A stretch of DNA of 64,000 nt from Podarcis bocagei. Lineage: Eukaryota. Positions 62,346-64,000 of this stretch are shown here, piece after piece. Under the pieces are notes generated by a model. That model saw only the letters and a program-made list of their open reading frames with translations, was not told the DNA's origin and searched no databases. The position numbers and the translations under genes are program-made. The stretch lies in assembly GCA_964188305.1 (NCBI GenBank), contig OZ076901.1, one strand, 5' to 3'. The number at the start of each line of letters is the position of its first letter. Position 1 is the first letter of the stretch.

Positions 62346-62604
62346 CCGTATTTTTTGCTCTATAAGACACACTTTTTCCCTCCTAAAAATTAAGGGGAAA
62401 TGTGTGTGCGTCTTATGGAGCGAATGCAGGCTGCACAGCTATCCCAGAAGCCAGAACAGCAAGAGGGATTGCTGTTTTCACTGCGCAGTGATCCCTCTTG
62501 CTGTTCTGGCTTCTGAGATTCACAATACTTTTTTTCTTGTTTTCCTCCTCCAAAAACTAGGTGCGTCTTGTCGTCTGGTGCGTCTTATAGAGCGAAAAAT
62601 ACAG
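62346..62604. mobile_element. Mariner/Tigger-like MITE
   Basis: TIRs CCGTATTTTTTGCTCTATAAGAC / GTCTTATAGAGCGAAAAATACAG; TA flanks. Confidence 0.8.
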
Positions 62605-63828
62605 TATGTTTTCCGAGACTGCTCATAGAAAGGCAAAGCAAATGGCCCTTGGGGGCAGGGCGTGGTGCAAGAAGAGATAGCGAAACTAGATGGCTTTCTG
62701 CTTCATTGAGCTATTCAGCTGTCCTAGCAGACTAGGGTTATCTTCTTCTTCATTTGAATAGAAAGGCAAACCTTAAATCAATCAGTTGCCACCACCGACC
62801 ACACCTGGGGCTGGTCAGCTTGAGGGCACTGAGACAGATCCCTCCCATGAAGCTGTTTTAAAATCTGGCTCCTGGCAGCCCTTCCAAATTTTAAATTGGG
62901 ACGCGATTCACCTTTTGCCTACACTTGAAAGGGAAGCAGCGTTGCTCCTATGGCAAATTCTCTGTGAAGTGCCTCTGCTGTTCATCTCTCATTACCTTGT
63001 CCCACAGGCCAAGACATTTTGATGCTGAGATGCAGAACATTTAAATGTCACCCCCTGTGCGGGCAAGAATAGGACAGGCAATTATTTATTGCCTTATCTG
63101 CTGCCCTTTAGTGCTGCTCTGAAATTTGCTGCCTGAGGTACAGTACACGGATTTGCCGTGCCAATTTCATTCTCCCCACCTTTCATCCACTGTCGCCTTC
63201 CAGAGAGGACGCGATTGAAGTTTATAAAAGTATGCAGTGTGGAGAAAGGAGAGAGAAGTACCCCCCCCAAAAAAACCCTATTTATTTATTGCATTTCTAC
63301 CCTCCCTCATCCTCAAGGGATAAGGTGCTCAAGGTGGCGTATGTGGTATTTTCCCTATCTCATTTCATCCTCACCACAACCCTCTGCATTAGGTTATACT
63401 GAGAGGCAGTGACTGTTTGTAAGAGCTGTTTGACAATGGAACGGACTCCCTCAGATAGTGGTGGACTCTCCTTCATTGGTGGTCTTTAAGCAGAAGTCAG
63501 ACGGCCATCTTTTCAGGGAGTCTTTAGCTGTGAATCCTGCATTCCAGGGGGTTGGACTATGACCCTGAGGCCCCTTCCAACTCTATGGTTCTGTGACTAG
63601 CCCAAGGTCACCAACTGTGCTTCATGACCCAGTGGGGATTCAAACCCTGGTCTCTGCCAGGTCCTAGTCCAACACACTAACCACTACAGTACACTCTTAT
63701 TAGGGAGTCAAGAGCCAGGCTAGGGCTGCCCTGATGTTGATGCTGTTTATCTGTTCTTTTCATGCAGCTGCTTGTTTGCACTGGATTGCAGGCATCCTTT
63801 GTGTGGCTTTCCCTGCAGGCATAAAAAT

Positions 63829-63918
63829 ATGTCCATCACGGGGCTGAAGAGGAAGCAGCCAAAAACGTTTAAGGTGAAAGTTATAACGATGGAAATCGAA
63901 ATGGAGTTTAGCTGCGAG
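63829..63918 (+). CDS. NF2/merlin-like FERM protein, first coding exon (gene continues beyond the window)
   Basis: [30 protein letters not shown]|GTAAGT, versus merlin [29 protein letters not shown] with the same exon-1 boundary; acceptor ctgcag at 63813-63818. Confidence 0.85.
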
Positions 63919-64000
63919 GTAAGTGGCTTTTCTTTTTTTTAAAAAAGGCCAAAATTAAGGTGCAGAAATGCTTCCATCGACACTTTAGGGTTTGCATATA

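Overview
This is eukaryotic, intron-rich vertebrate DNA from a squamate reptile. Sauria SINE, BovB/RTE, L2 and CR1 remnants support a squamate, and a POMSINE-like element suggests a lacertid lizard (inference). The window covers the conserved CCT6A-PSPH-NIPSNAP2-MRPS17 block. CCT6A (minus) contributes exons 1-5, and its intron 3 hosts SNORA22. It lies head-to-head with PSPH (plus; 5 coding exons, 226 aa). NIPSNAP2/GBAS (minus; 10 exons, 290 aa) and MRPS17 (minus; 2 coding exons, 137 aa) follow. The first coding exon of an NF2/merlin-like gene (plus) is at the right edge. Exons were reconstructed by hand from GT/AG sites and phase continuity. Most ORFs in the supplied track are spurious or derived from transposons. 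Five observations stand out: (1) a ~345-bp near-perfect palindrome in CCT6A intron 1 made of four Penelope-like units, each with a minimal hammerhead-ribozyme core; (2) two diverged solo-LTR-like elements with 5-bp TSDs that both keep the same 109-codon arginine-rich reading frame; (3) a cluster of ATF4/C-EBP (CARE) motifs upstream of the PSPH coding exons; (4) an isolated 70-nt near-perfect hairpin; (5) the NF2 paralog. No prokaryote-type system (CRISPR etc.) is present.
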